Below are positions 15,155 to 23,974 of a stretch of 25,724 nucleotides of DNA, one piece after another. Position 1 is the stretch's first letter. The number at the start of each line of letters is the position of its first letter. The DNA lies in assembly GCA_045863855.1 (NCBI GenBank), contig BTVV01000087.1, positions 1 to 25,724 of the forward strand, read 5' to 3'. The DNA is from Planctomycetota bacterium (GTDB lineage Bacteria; Planctomycetota; SZUA-567; H5-PLA8). The notes beneath the pieces were generated by a model. It saw nothing but the letters and a program-made list of their open reading frames with translations. It was not told the DNA's origin and ran no database searches. The position numbers and the translations under genes are program-made.

Positions 15155-16990
15155 ATGGCGTTAAGCCTGTTGCCGCAACCCCGATCCGTTAAGGTGCTGG
15201 CTGGCCACTTTGACTTTAAAGAAGTGGACACCATCTTTGTCCCGCGCCGCCCCGGTCCCCGAGTCAAGCAAGCCGCCGAACAGCTCGCCGCGGAACTGAA
15301 GAACACCTTTCGCCTCGACTACCAGATCAAGCCGTCCTCGACGGTGAAGGATCCTCACGGCCTGCTGATCACGCATCACACGCGCGAAGGCATATTCGTG
15401 CGCACGGCGCAGACGCGGCCGCAAGCGTACGAGTTGCTTGCGGCCGGACATTCGCTGACGGTCTCGGCCAGCGACGAAGGCGGATTGCTGGCGGCGGTAC
15501 AGACCATCCGGCAGCTGCTCCAGGAAGGCACACGCATCCCGGCGCTGAAGATCGAAGACTGGCCGACGGTTCCGTTTCGCTGCATCCACCTCGACCTGAA
15601 GGGTCTGACGCCGAATCTCGATGCGCTTAAGGAGTTTCTCGAGCTGGCCGCGCTGTATAAGTACAACGCGGTGCTGGTGGAGTACGAAGATCGCTTCCCA
15701 TTCCAGTGCCTGCCGGAGATCCGCGGCCCCAACGCCTTCACGCCCGAGACGCTGCAGATCTTCCTCAAGCACGCCGAAGCGCAGGGGCTGGAGATCATCC
15801 CGCTCGTGCAGACCTGCGGGCATCTCGAGTACGTCCTGCGGCACCCCAAGTACCGTGCGTACGCCGAGAATCCTGATGTTCCGCAGCAGATTCGAACCGG
15901 CTGCCCAAAGGCGCAGAAGCTGGTGCGCGAGATGGTTAAGGAAATTATCGACGCACATCCTCTCGCCAAGTCCATTCATATCGGCGCGGACGAAGCGTGG
16001 CAGTTGGGTCAGCATCCGGAATCGAAGGCGGCGTTGGAGAAGGCCGGCGGCAAGGAGCTGCATTTCATCGAGCACGTGGCGCGATATGTCCGGCAGGTGC
16101 GCTCGGCCGAGAAGACGCCGATCCTGTGGGACGACATGCTGCGGGAGGCGCCGCCGGAAGTTCTGAAGAAAATGCCCAAGGGCTGCGGGCTGATGTACTG
16201 GAAGTACGGTTCCGACGGCGGCCAGTTCCGCCCTGAGATGCTGCCGCAATTGGGCAAGTATCACCACGGCGGCTTCCAGATCTTCGGCGGCTGCGCGATT
16301 CGCGGGGCCGAGCAGTTTTACGGCAACATCCCGAATTATCGGCAGCGCATGGACAACGTGGATTGGTGGGTCGAAGCCTGCGAAACGCAGCCCCGGCTGG
16401 GCGGTCTGGTGGCCACGAGCTGGGCGCGATTCAATTCGAATTTGACGCCCTGCGATCCGCTGCCCACGGCTTGGCCGACGATGTTGTACGCGGCCGAGCG
16501 GATGTGGACAGGACTGGGCTCCAGCCGCGAGTCTTTCGAACGGCGGCTGCTGGTGGGTTTCTACGGCCTGCGCGCGGACAACACGGAGGTAGCGCTGGCG
16601 CATTACGGCGTGAGCGATCACCACGCGAAGGAAGCCGCGGAAGTCTTCGGCCGCGCCAAGCGTTCGGCTCGGCGCAACCGCGATGTGCTGGAATTGCTGG
16701 AGTTGCTCGCGCAGCTCGACATGCTGGCCGAACGCCGCAAGGTCGAGACCGAGCGGCTGGCGGCGATGCTGCCGCGTCTGGAAGCCGGCACCGCCGACCC
16801 CGCGGCGCTGGCGCAGCTTCGCGCCGAACTTCCCGGAGCGCTGCGCGAAGTCGAGCGCCTGCAGCGTGAACTTTCCCGCACACTCCTGAGGCGCTTCGAC
16901 AAGCAAGAAGTGGACGAATTCATCCAGGACCGATTGTTGATCTGTACGCGCTTCCTGGAATACCTGCAAATGCTCGCCCGCCGTACCTGA
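15155..16990 (+). CDS. GH20 beta-N-acetylhexosaminidase, HEXD/GcnA-like (~611 aa), no signal peptide
   Basis: LLPQPRSV start of the GH20b domain, IEDWP, IHLDLKG, VEYEDRFPF, IIPLVQTCGHLEYVLRH, catalytic HIGADE and LWDDMLR. SD GGGAG before ATG 15155. Confidence 0.93.
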   Translation: MALSLLPQPRSVKVLAGHFDFKEVDTIFVPRRPGPRVKQAAEQLAAELKNTFRLDYQIKPSSTVKDPHGLLITHHTREGIFVRTAQTRPQAYELLAAGHSLTVSASDEGGLLAAVQTIRQLLQEGTRIPALKIEDWPTVPFRCIHLDLKGLTPNLDALKEFLELAALYKYNAVLVEYEDRFPFQCLPEIRGPNAFTPETLQIFLKHAEAQGLEIIPLVQTCGHLEYVLRHPKYRAYAENPDVPQQIRTGCPKAQKLVREMVKEIIDAHPLAKSIHIGADEAWQLGQHPESKAALEKAGGKELHFIEHVARYVRQVRSAEKTPILWDDMLREAPPEVLKKMPKGCGLMYWKYGSDGGQFRPEMLPQLGKYHHGGFQIFGGCAIRGAEQFYGNIPNYRQRMDNVDWWVEACETQPRLGGLVATSWARFNSNLTPCDPLPTAWPTMLYAAERMWTGLGSSRESFERRLLVGFYGLRADNTEVALAHYGVSDHHAKEAAEVFGRAKRSARRNRDVLELLELLAQLDMLAERRKVETERLAAMLPRLEAGTADPAALAQLRAELPGALREVERLQRELSRTLLRRFDKQEVDEFIQDRLLICTRFLEYLQMLARRT

Positions 16991-17027
16991 GCAAATTCCC
17001 GGTTCGTTTTTTCGCCGCGTCCGCTCT

Positions 17028-18455
17028 TTAGCGGGCCAAGGACGCTTTCATCCGTTCTGCATTCGGATCGCCATTGGCCAGTAACATCTCCAGCAGCGAG
17101 TTCCTGAACTGCCCGGCGCGTTCGCGTTGATCGGGCGCGCCGATCAGATTCTTCAGCGCGTGCGGATCGGCTTCGAGATCGTAGAACTCTTCCGGTACGC
17201 GGTGCAGGAACAGCTTCACGCGTGCGGCTACCGCGGGATCGGTTTCGGCGGCGCGGCGCATCGCAGCCATCGTCAATCCCACCTAAGATTCGTTCTTGAA
17301 CTCCTGCTTTCCGCCGGCCCAACCGTTCCAGATGTAGAGGTAGCGGCGGTCTTGCAGCGCGCGCATGGGGAAGTCGATTTGCCCCGAGGTCTGGTCGAAT
17401 TGGGTGAGCACGCGCTCCCGCCCAGCTTGTTTCTCGCCGCGCAACAGCGGCAAAAAACTTTTGCCGTCGCTGCCGGGAAGCGGGTTCAGGCCCAGTGCCT
17501 CCAGAATGGTCGGTGCGAAGTCGAGGCTGGTGATGAAATGCTCGTCGTCCACCAAGCCGGGCTTGACCTGGCCGGGCCAGCGCACCATCCAGGGGCTACG
17601 CGTGCTTTGCCGATAGCAGTTGGTTTTGGCGAATGGGAACGCCATGCCGTGATCGCTGGCGAATAAGACTATAGTGCGATCCACCTGCCCGGAATCGTCC
17701 AGCGCTTTCAGGACCGCACCGACGGTGGCGTCGAGGCGGTGGACACTCCCGAAGTACTGTGCGACCTCCTTGCGCACATCCGGCAGGTCGGGCAAGAATC
17801 CCGGCACCGGTACTTCTTCGGGCTTGAAGGTCTTCGAGGTGGTTTTGCCGGCGATCTTGCGTTTGCCTCCATCGGCTCCCATAAAGGGCCGATGCGGGTC
17901 GTGGCTGTTGGCGATCAGGAAGAACGGTTTGCGATCCTCCTGAGTCGATTTCAGGAACTGAGCGGTATAGGTCGCGTACTTTTGCGGATCGCGGCCGTCG
18001 CCTAGGTCGTCTTGATCTTTCTTATAGTCCCAGTCGAGCAGGTCGGGATCGCCGTAATGCCCCACCTTGCCCAGAATGCCGGTGCGATACCCCGCTTTTT
18101 TCAAGGCCTGCGGCAGGGTGGGCGTCCGGCGAACAAACGAATGAAAGCCCTTCGCGCCGTAATGATGCGGGTAGCGCGCGGTCATTAACATCTGCCTGCA
18201 CGGTTGGCAGACGGCTTCGGGCGTATGGCTGTGCCCAAAGCGCATTCCTTGCGCGGCGAGGCGGTCCAGATGGGGCGTGATCCCGGGAATCGGGCAACCG
18301 TTTACGCCAACCGAATCGAAGTTCAAGTCGTCGGCGGTGATCAGCAGCACGTTGAGTCCGCGAGGCGCAGCAAAAGAACGTGATCCCAAGGTCATCGCCG
18401 CCGCTCCTCCCCCTAAGGCCGCCACAAACGAACGTCTTGAAAGGCCTCGACGCAT
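17028..18455 (-). pseudogene. Tat-exported formylglycine-type sulfatase (sulfamidase/SGSH-like) interrupted by one in-frame TAG at 17285-17283
   Basis: SRRSF Tat motif, NVLLITADD, CQPCR (CxPxR), GKVGH, DPHRPF and SDHG. The frame continues past the TAG into PEEFYDLEADPHALKNL, a typical sulfatase C-terminus. Confidence 0.85.
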
Positions 18456-18596
18456 GGCAAGCTCCTGAGATCTTATATCGCCTATCGATAGAATACACCG
18501 AGCCATCTGGTATTGCGATGTAAACCGGTTCGGATCGAAGCGAATTACCGGGCAGCGGTGGATTCCAGCCTGCCGCCCCCGAGGCGCCGGACAACC

Positions 18597-19928
18597 TTAA
18601 GGCTTCAGGACCACCTTGGCGCTGTAATACATCCCCGCATCGGCCCGGTCGCCCAAAGTTTCCAGCATGGTGGAGAGTGTGGGCGTGAGCGTGCCGTTAA
18701 AGGCTTCTTGGCCATTCCATGTGACGACGACCGGCTTCTTGAAGTCCACCAGCTTCTCGTTGAGATAGACCGTCAGCGTGGTGTCCTGCGCACCGGTTAC
18801 GACGATTCGGTTGTCTTCCTTCATCTCGGCGCGTACGGAAATCCCGGGCTTGGGATCTTCCAGCCCCAGGTTGTAGAAGCGCTTTTTCCAGGTCACGAGC
18901 GGACGCCACAGCACCAACCGCGGGTACGCGGTTCGCGCCTTACCTTTGAAGAAGCCGTCGACGTCAGCGTAGACGGAATCTTCGATGTTATGGCCCATTC
19001 CCGGATAGCCCTTAAAGAGTCCCGGATAAGCGCCGGGGTCGCTTTTCTTAAGCGCTTCGTGGTCGTTCCACGCCTGCTTGGCGCTCCCGTAGCGGCTGCC
19101 GTCCTTCTCGCCGATAAATACGCCGAACGGCAGCGCGCGATAGTTTTCGAACGTAGCCCCTTTGATCGAACTGCCTCCGGCCAAACTCGCGCATGCCGCA
19201 TAGCGGTCGGCCTCGATGGCCGCGAAGTACCACGCGCCGTATCCGCCCATGCTGTTGCCCATCAGGTACACCTTGTCGGGGTCGATCTGGAACGAGCGCT
19301 GTAAGGCGTCCAGCACGGCGTTTACCGCCTGTGGGCCGGAAGGAATAATCCAAGCGTTGACGGCCTTGTCGTCCACGCAGCGTACGAGCAAGCGCATCCC
19401 GGCGGATGAAATCTTCGAAGCCCTGCCGACGCCCCAGTTCCAGGCCATCTCGTTGTCTTTGCTCCCGTCGTGGCCGCCGACATGGCCGCCGCCGTGCAGG
19501 TAGATCAGGACTGGCGCGTTGGGGCGCGGCGGATCCATCAGGACGACGCGAACCGGGCCGACGGCGCTTTCGACGGTGGCCACCTGGCGCGTGCCGCCGC
19601 CTCCGCCCATCTGCGCGCCGGTGCGGTGCTGGCCTTCCAGATTCGCGAGCATGTCGGTGGGCACGGGCTTCAAGACGGGACCTTGTTTGCGCAGGGCGGC
19701 GAGGATTTTGGCGAGCCATCCGGCCGTCGCCGACGGCTGCAGCGCGTCGCGCCCGGCGAGCTCTTGCAGTACGGTAACGCGCGCCGCCTCGTCGCCGGCG
19801 GCATAACGATTGACCAGTGCGTCGAGCTGCGATGCGGACAGCGTTGCGGGGGCCTCGCCTTCACCGGCGTGGCCGGGATATCCCAACCACAGCGTCGCGG
19901 CCATGCAGAGCGAAATGGATGCGCGCAT
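18597..19928 (-). CDS. Secreted alpha/beta-fold hydrolase (esterase/peptidase-like, ~443 aa)
   Basis: Signal MRASISLCMAATLWLGYPGHAG after SD GAGGAG. YLHGGG, IDPDKVYLMGNSMGGYG (nucleophile Ser), GEKD and GMGH. Confidence 0.9.
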   Translation of the reverse strand: MRASISLCMAATLWLGYPGHAGEGEAPATLSASQLDALVNRYAAGDEAARVTVLQELAGRDALQPSATAGWLAKILAALRKQGPVLKPVPTDMLANLEGQHRTGAQMGGGGGTRQVATVESAVGPVRVVLMDPPRPNAPVLIYLHGGGHVGGHDGSKDNEMAWNWGVGRASKISSAGMRLLVRCVDDKAVNAWIIPSGPQAVNAVLDALQRSFQIDPDKVYLMGNSMGGYGAWYFAAIEADRYAACASLAGGSSIKGATFENYRALPFGVFIGEKDGSRYGSAKQAWNDHEALKKSDPGAYPGLFKGYPGMGHNIEDSVYADVDGFFKGKARTAYPRLVLWRPLVTWKKRFYNLGLEDPKPGISVRAEMKEDNRIVVTGAQDTTLTVYLNEKLVDFKKPVVVTWNGQEAFNGTLTPTLSTMLETLGDRADAGMYYSAKVVLKP

Positions 19929-20204
19929 CTCGGTCTCCTCACTTGCTCTAACTAGATGGATTCCAGCGAATTCCTCGACAAAACGCAAGGCTGCACTTTA
20001 GCGCGGAAGGCTGCGATGAGTAATCCTGATCCGACTGGAAGGAAGCAAAGCAGAGCCGCCGGCGGCTCGTCTGGCTCCGAACTCCGGCAACGACTATCAT
20101 AAGCGAACGCATACGCTGGGATGTCGATACTGCTTTTTGTGCCGTGCGCCCGCCAATCCCTCTGGAATCGGATCGAGCGTTAGCCAACCGGGAGTTTTTA
20201 CGGA

Positions 20205-21443
20205 ATGTCGAACGTCATCTACCGTGTGAATTGCGGAGGCGGGCAGGCCGTAACCGACGGCTTAGGGCGCGAGTGGAGCGCCGACCGTCTTTTCGCCGAG
20301 GGCGATGCGTGGGGCGCTTGCGGCGGAAATACCGTGTTGCGCGAGGCTGCTTTGCCAATCCTATCGCAGCACATGGCGGAGGTGCTGCGCAGCGAGCGCC
20401 ACGGTCTTGAGGGCTACCGCTTCAGGGTGGAGCCAGGTCGATACACCGTGCGTATATTCGCCGCCGAGACCTTCGAAGGAGATTCGGAGTCGAATCGCGA
20501 GTTTGGTGTCTCGATCAACGGCCGGATGATTGCCGAATCGTTTGCGCCGTACCGCATGAGTGGAGGCTTTGCGCGCGCGGCTCGGATCGAAGCGCCCTGC
20601 CGCACCGAGGACCCTGAAATCGCAATCCGGTTCCACGGGAAGCGCGCCATCGTGAACGCCATCGAGATCGAGCGCGCGGAAACAGAATGGCCCGTAAGTA
20701 TCGGCGCAGCCGAAGCGCTTGCCCCGCCCGTGCCGCCGCTTCCACCGCCCGGACCGCGCACCCCGCTGCGCATGCTGTTCATCGGGAACAGCGGCACCTT
20801 CTATTGGGACATTCCGAAAACGGTGGCGGCTATGATCAACACCGGCCCATCGAGATGGCAGGTTGAGACGGAGGCCATGACCAGCGGCGGGAAAACCTTT
20901 CGCTGGCACTGGGATCGCGATGAGGTGCGCGAGCGGATCAGGTCGGGCGGTTTTGACTACGTGGTGCTGCAAGACGCGACGAAAAGTGCAACCGATAAGC
21001 CGGACGAGATGCGCGAGTATGGCGAAAAGCTGATTCGTGCCGTCCGCGAGGCCGGATCGAAGCCGCTTCTCTTTGCTTATTACGGGCCGCTGGGCGCTCC
21101 GCCGGAAAAATGGGATCGAACCTTGGCGTTGTACACGGAACTGTCTCGTGCGCATCAGGCCACGCTGGTTCCGACCTTGGTTGCTTTACGGGATGCGATG
21201 AGCGAACGCCCCGAAGTGAATTACCATAATCCGGACCGGCATCACAGCGGCATGCACGGCGCGTTTCTAATCGGTTCCTGTTTTTATCGCGTGCTTACCC
21301 GAGAAAGTACGGCGGAGCACCCGTTCCCCGCCGTGCTGGGTAATCAGGTTCCGATTCCGCGCGAAATGGCTCGTTTCCTGAGTCGGAAAGCCGACGACGC
21401 GTGCGTGCGGCTGCGTCCGTGGTCCGAACTTTCGCAACCCTGA
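20205..21443 (+). CDS. Malectin domain + SGNH/GDSL-type hydrolase fusion
   Basis: N-terminal YRVNCGG, WSAD, ERHG, GRYTVRIFAAETF, REFGVSING and VNAIEI (malectin). Pro-rich linker, then LFIGNS, DYVVLQD and DRHH (DxxH). SD GGGAG. Confidence 0.85.
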   Translation: MSNVIYRVNCGGGQAVTDGLGREWSADRLFAEGDAWGACGGNTVLREAALPILSQHMAEVLRSERHGLEGYRFRVEPGRYTVRIFAAETFEGDSESNREFGVSINGRMIAESFAPYRMSGGFARAARIEAPCRTEDPEIAIRFHGKRAIVNAIEIERAETEWPVSIGAAEALAPPVPPLPPPGPRTPLRMLFIGNSGTFYWDIPKTVAAMINTGPSRWQVETEAMTSGGKTFRWHWDRDEVRERIRSGGFDYVVLQDATKSATDKPDEMREYGEKLIRAVREAGSKPLLFAYYGPLGAPPEKWDRTLALYTELSRAHQATLVPTLVALRDAMSERPEVNYHNPDRHHSGMHGAFLIGSCFYRVLTRESTAEHPFPAVLGNQVPIPREMARFLSRKADDACVRLRPWSELSQP

Positions 21444-21471
21444 AGCCGGTTAAACGCGGCGCACAATACCA

Positions 21472-23847
21472 TCAGGCGATCCACTCTTTGCGTGAAGCGC
21501 TTTTGATGACGCGTTGGCCGCACACGCTCAAACGCGAACCCTTTGCCAGGCACCACGCCGCGAGCCGCCCGTGCCGATCGACTCGAGCGACGGCCAGTTC
21601 GGCGTCGGTGGACAGTTCGGGATGGTCCAGCGCTTTGCCGTACGGACAACTGGCGACATAAAGCGTGCCGTGCTTGCCGAGGTTTAGAGCGTGCGCGCTG
21701 AAACCTTCGTGCTGCTGGAAGAGCCAGCGCGCGGGCGCGGCGCCGAGGTACGTGGCGGCAGGCGCGGCGGCGAGATCTAAAGTGGGGCGGGTGATCAGGA
21801 AGTTGGTGAAGACGCTGGGGCCCTGGATGCGTCGCGTCAATTCCGCAACCCACGGCGCCGGCAGCTTGCGGCCCTCGGGCGTACGCGTGACGCCATACAG
21901 ATTCGCGAGCCGCTCGTCACGCCAGAACTTCCATTTCGAATCGGCTTCGGCGCCCGGAATCAGGAGCGCGCGGGCCGGGCCTTTCCGAATGCGCACGGCT
22001 TGCGCGGCCGCGGGCTTGAGCGGCGCATAGTCCACGCCGCCTTCGAGGTGATAACGTTGCGCATACTGGTGCGGGCGCAGATCCAAGCCTTTGCGCGAAA
22101 GCAGATCGACGAAGACGAATCCGATGCCGCGCACGTGGACCAGATAGCGGCGGTGCCGTGTCGGCTCGTACGCGTCGTGCCAGAGTTCGGCCACTTCGAT
22201 GGGACCGCCGGATTCGAACAAGCCCAACCCGTGGCGCGGCGGATAGCCGCCCCAGCAGCAGCCGTGCCCGAGCGCCGCGAGGGGCTTGAGCGTGTCGTCG
22301 TTCATCACCAGGCAGTTGTGGGCGTCGACCGAGTACGGATATCCGCGCGTCTCCTGAGACTCCCAGTTGCGTTTGTCGGTATAAAGCCACGTGGCGGGAT
22401 CGCCGATCAGCGTGACGCCTTGCGTATGCAGAACGAAGGAGAGCATGTCCCAGTGCGTGTGCCCGTGCGGCATTGAGTCGGTGTAGTGCGATGTGGCGAG
22501 ATAGTCGGCGTTCGGTGTCCAGCCGGAGCGGAAGAAGGTGTAGCCGCCCTGCGGGTACTGCACGCTTGCCGGATCGGGCAGCGCCTTCGCCTCGGCTTTT
22601 GCGGGGCCTCGGCGCGCGGAGAAATACGGCGAAAGGCCAACGCGGGGCGCTTGGCCCGGCTTCCATCTAGAAAAGCGCCGGGTTAACGCCGCGGGCGATT
22701 CGAAGCGGAGCGCGCCCGGTTCGAAGCCTAGGGCTCGTGCGAGCGCCGCGAGGCGCGGCGAGATCACAGGCACCGCCAGCGATCCGAAGAGGTAAGCCAG
22801 CGAGCCGCCGAACTCGTCGCCGAAATCGGCCAGCACCCCGTCGGGCTTGCAAGCGTGCGCATTGAACTCCACCCAGCGTGCCAGTCGTGCCGTCTGCTCG
22901 GCGTCAAAGAGCCGCACGCCGTTCGCCTTCGCGAGCGCCAAAGGGTTCAAGTAGTGAAAGAGAATGTGGTATTGGTACTTGGTGCTGTGCTCCGCATAGC
23001 CGCCGTCATCGAAGACATTGCATTTGAAGTGGTGCGCGATGGTGCGGCGGCCCTGCTCGGCCAGCGCGCGCCCGCAGGAGAATTCGGGAAAGAGGGTCCC
23101 AAGCACGAACGGTGCGTGCCCGTGGTCGACCAGATGATGGTTGTCGCGGCGCATCGCGTCGCCGACAAAGCGGTAAAATTGCATCGCGTAAAACCAGAAT
23201 TGTTTGACCAGCCAGAACAGGTCGTCATCCGAGCAGACTCCGGAGGCATGCAGCGCGCCGGAATGCATCACGTCGAGCCAGCGCATGCAGCGGTAGGTGA
23301 GCGTAAGCGTCTCGTTGCCTCGGCCCCCGAAGTAGCGGTCGTGGTCTTCATGGAATCCGGGCTCCAAGACGAACGGTACCTGCGCAACGAACGAACGCAT
23401 CAGTTCGAGGGCCTTGCGCGCGTACTTCGGCTGGCCCGTAAGCGCGAAGGCAGTGCTAAGTTCGGCCGCGAAGGTATGCCGTCCGATGGAGGAGCCGAGG
23501 CTGCCCAACCCTTTGACCCAGTCGGGCTCGGAGCGCCTTGCGCCCAGATCTTCGAAATGGAAGTCGGGCCAGGAACTGCGGAATCGATGCTTCAGAATGC
23601 CGTCCGCTTTCTTGAGCACATCGCCGCGTCCGTCGATTTCCAGCCAGGCCGTGCCGTGCATGTAAAACGGCCAATGCGGCGCTCGGCGCGTGCGGAAGTG
23701 GTGCGCGACGAGCCGGATGGCTTCCGGCAGGTCGTCCGCGTTGCGTGCGGCCGCCAATGCACGCCCGGTGGCGCCGGGCAGCGTGAGATGCTGGACGAAT
23801 TGCGTATCGCTGACGCGGCGTTGATCTTCGAACGGGACGGATTGCAT
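21472..23847 (-). CDS. Heparinase II/III-family polysaccharide lyase (~791 aa), no signal peptide
   Basis: DNHH, DGGYAEHSTKYQ, GGYTFFRSGW, HGHTHWDMLSF, LIGDP and AHNCL. SD CAGGAG before ATG 23847. Confidence 0.88.
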   Translation of the reverse strand: MQSVPFEDQRRVSDTQFVQHLTLPGATGRALAAARNADDLPEAIRLVAHHFRTRRAPHWPFYMHGTAWLEIDGRGDVLKKADGILKHRFRSSWPDFHFEDLGARRSEPDWVKGLGSLGSSIGRHTFAAELSTAFALTGQPKYARKALELMRSFVAQVPFVLEPGFHEDHDRYFGGRGNETLTLTYRCMRWLDVMHSGALHASGVCSDDDLFWLVKQFWFYAMQFYRFVGDAMRRDNHHLVDHGHAPFVLGTLFPEFSCGRALAEQGRRTIAHHFKCNVFDDGGYAEHSTKYQYHILFHYLNPLALAKANGVRLFDAEQTARLARWVEFNAHACKPDGVLADFGDEFGGSLAYLFGSLAVPVISPRLAALARALGFEPGALRFESPAALTRRFSRWKPGQAPRVGLSPYFSARRGPAKAEAKALPDPASVQYPQGGYTFFRSGWTPNADYLATSHYTDSMPHGHTHWDMLSFVLHTQGVTLIGDPATWLYTDKRNWESQETRGYPYSVDAHNCLVMNDDTLKPLAALGHGCCWGGYPPRHGLGLFESGGPIEVAELWHDAYEPTRHRRYLVHVRGIGFVFVDLLSRKGLDLRPHQYAQRYHLEGGVDYAPLKPAAAQAVRIRKGPARALLIPGAEADSKWKFWRDERLANLYGVTRTPEGRKLPAPWVAELTRRIQGPSVFTNFLITRPTLDLAAAPAATYLGAAPARWLFQQHEGFSAHALNLGKHGTLYVASCPYGKALDHPELSTDAELAVARVDRHGRLAAWCLAKGSRLSVCGQRVIKSASRKEWIA

Positions 23848-23905
23848 GCGGGCACTCCTGGGAGGCATACCTTGCTGTACCAAGGACGGTGGAAAGGATC
23901 ACCTT

Positions 23906-23919
23906 AGTGTACGTACCCT
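23906..23919. promoter_or_regulatory. Candidate GntR/AraR-type operator upstream of the lyase
   Basis: AGTGTAC|GTACCCT is a palindrome with one mismatch. It resembles the B. subtilis AraR box core TGTACGTACA and abuts a minus-strand TAAGGT (-10-like). Confidence 0.55.
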
Positions 23920-23974
23920 GGAGGCGCGAGCGTGGCAGTATCCTTCGCGCGAATTGGCTCTGTAGAAGGAGAAA

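Noticed and set aside
15161..16969. 602-aa minus-strand ORF
   Set aside because: Antisense shadow of the GH20 gene.
17283..17285. Genome-wide TAG reassignment (alternative genetic code)
   Set aside because: TAG ends several genes in the window at family-typical C-termini, e.g. the permease at TGIKG and the sigma factor directly abutting the anti-sigma ATG.
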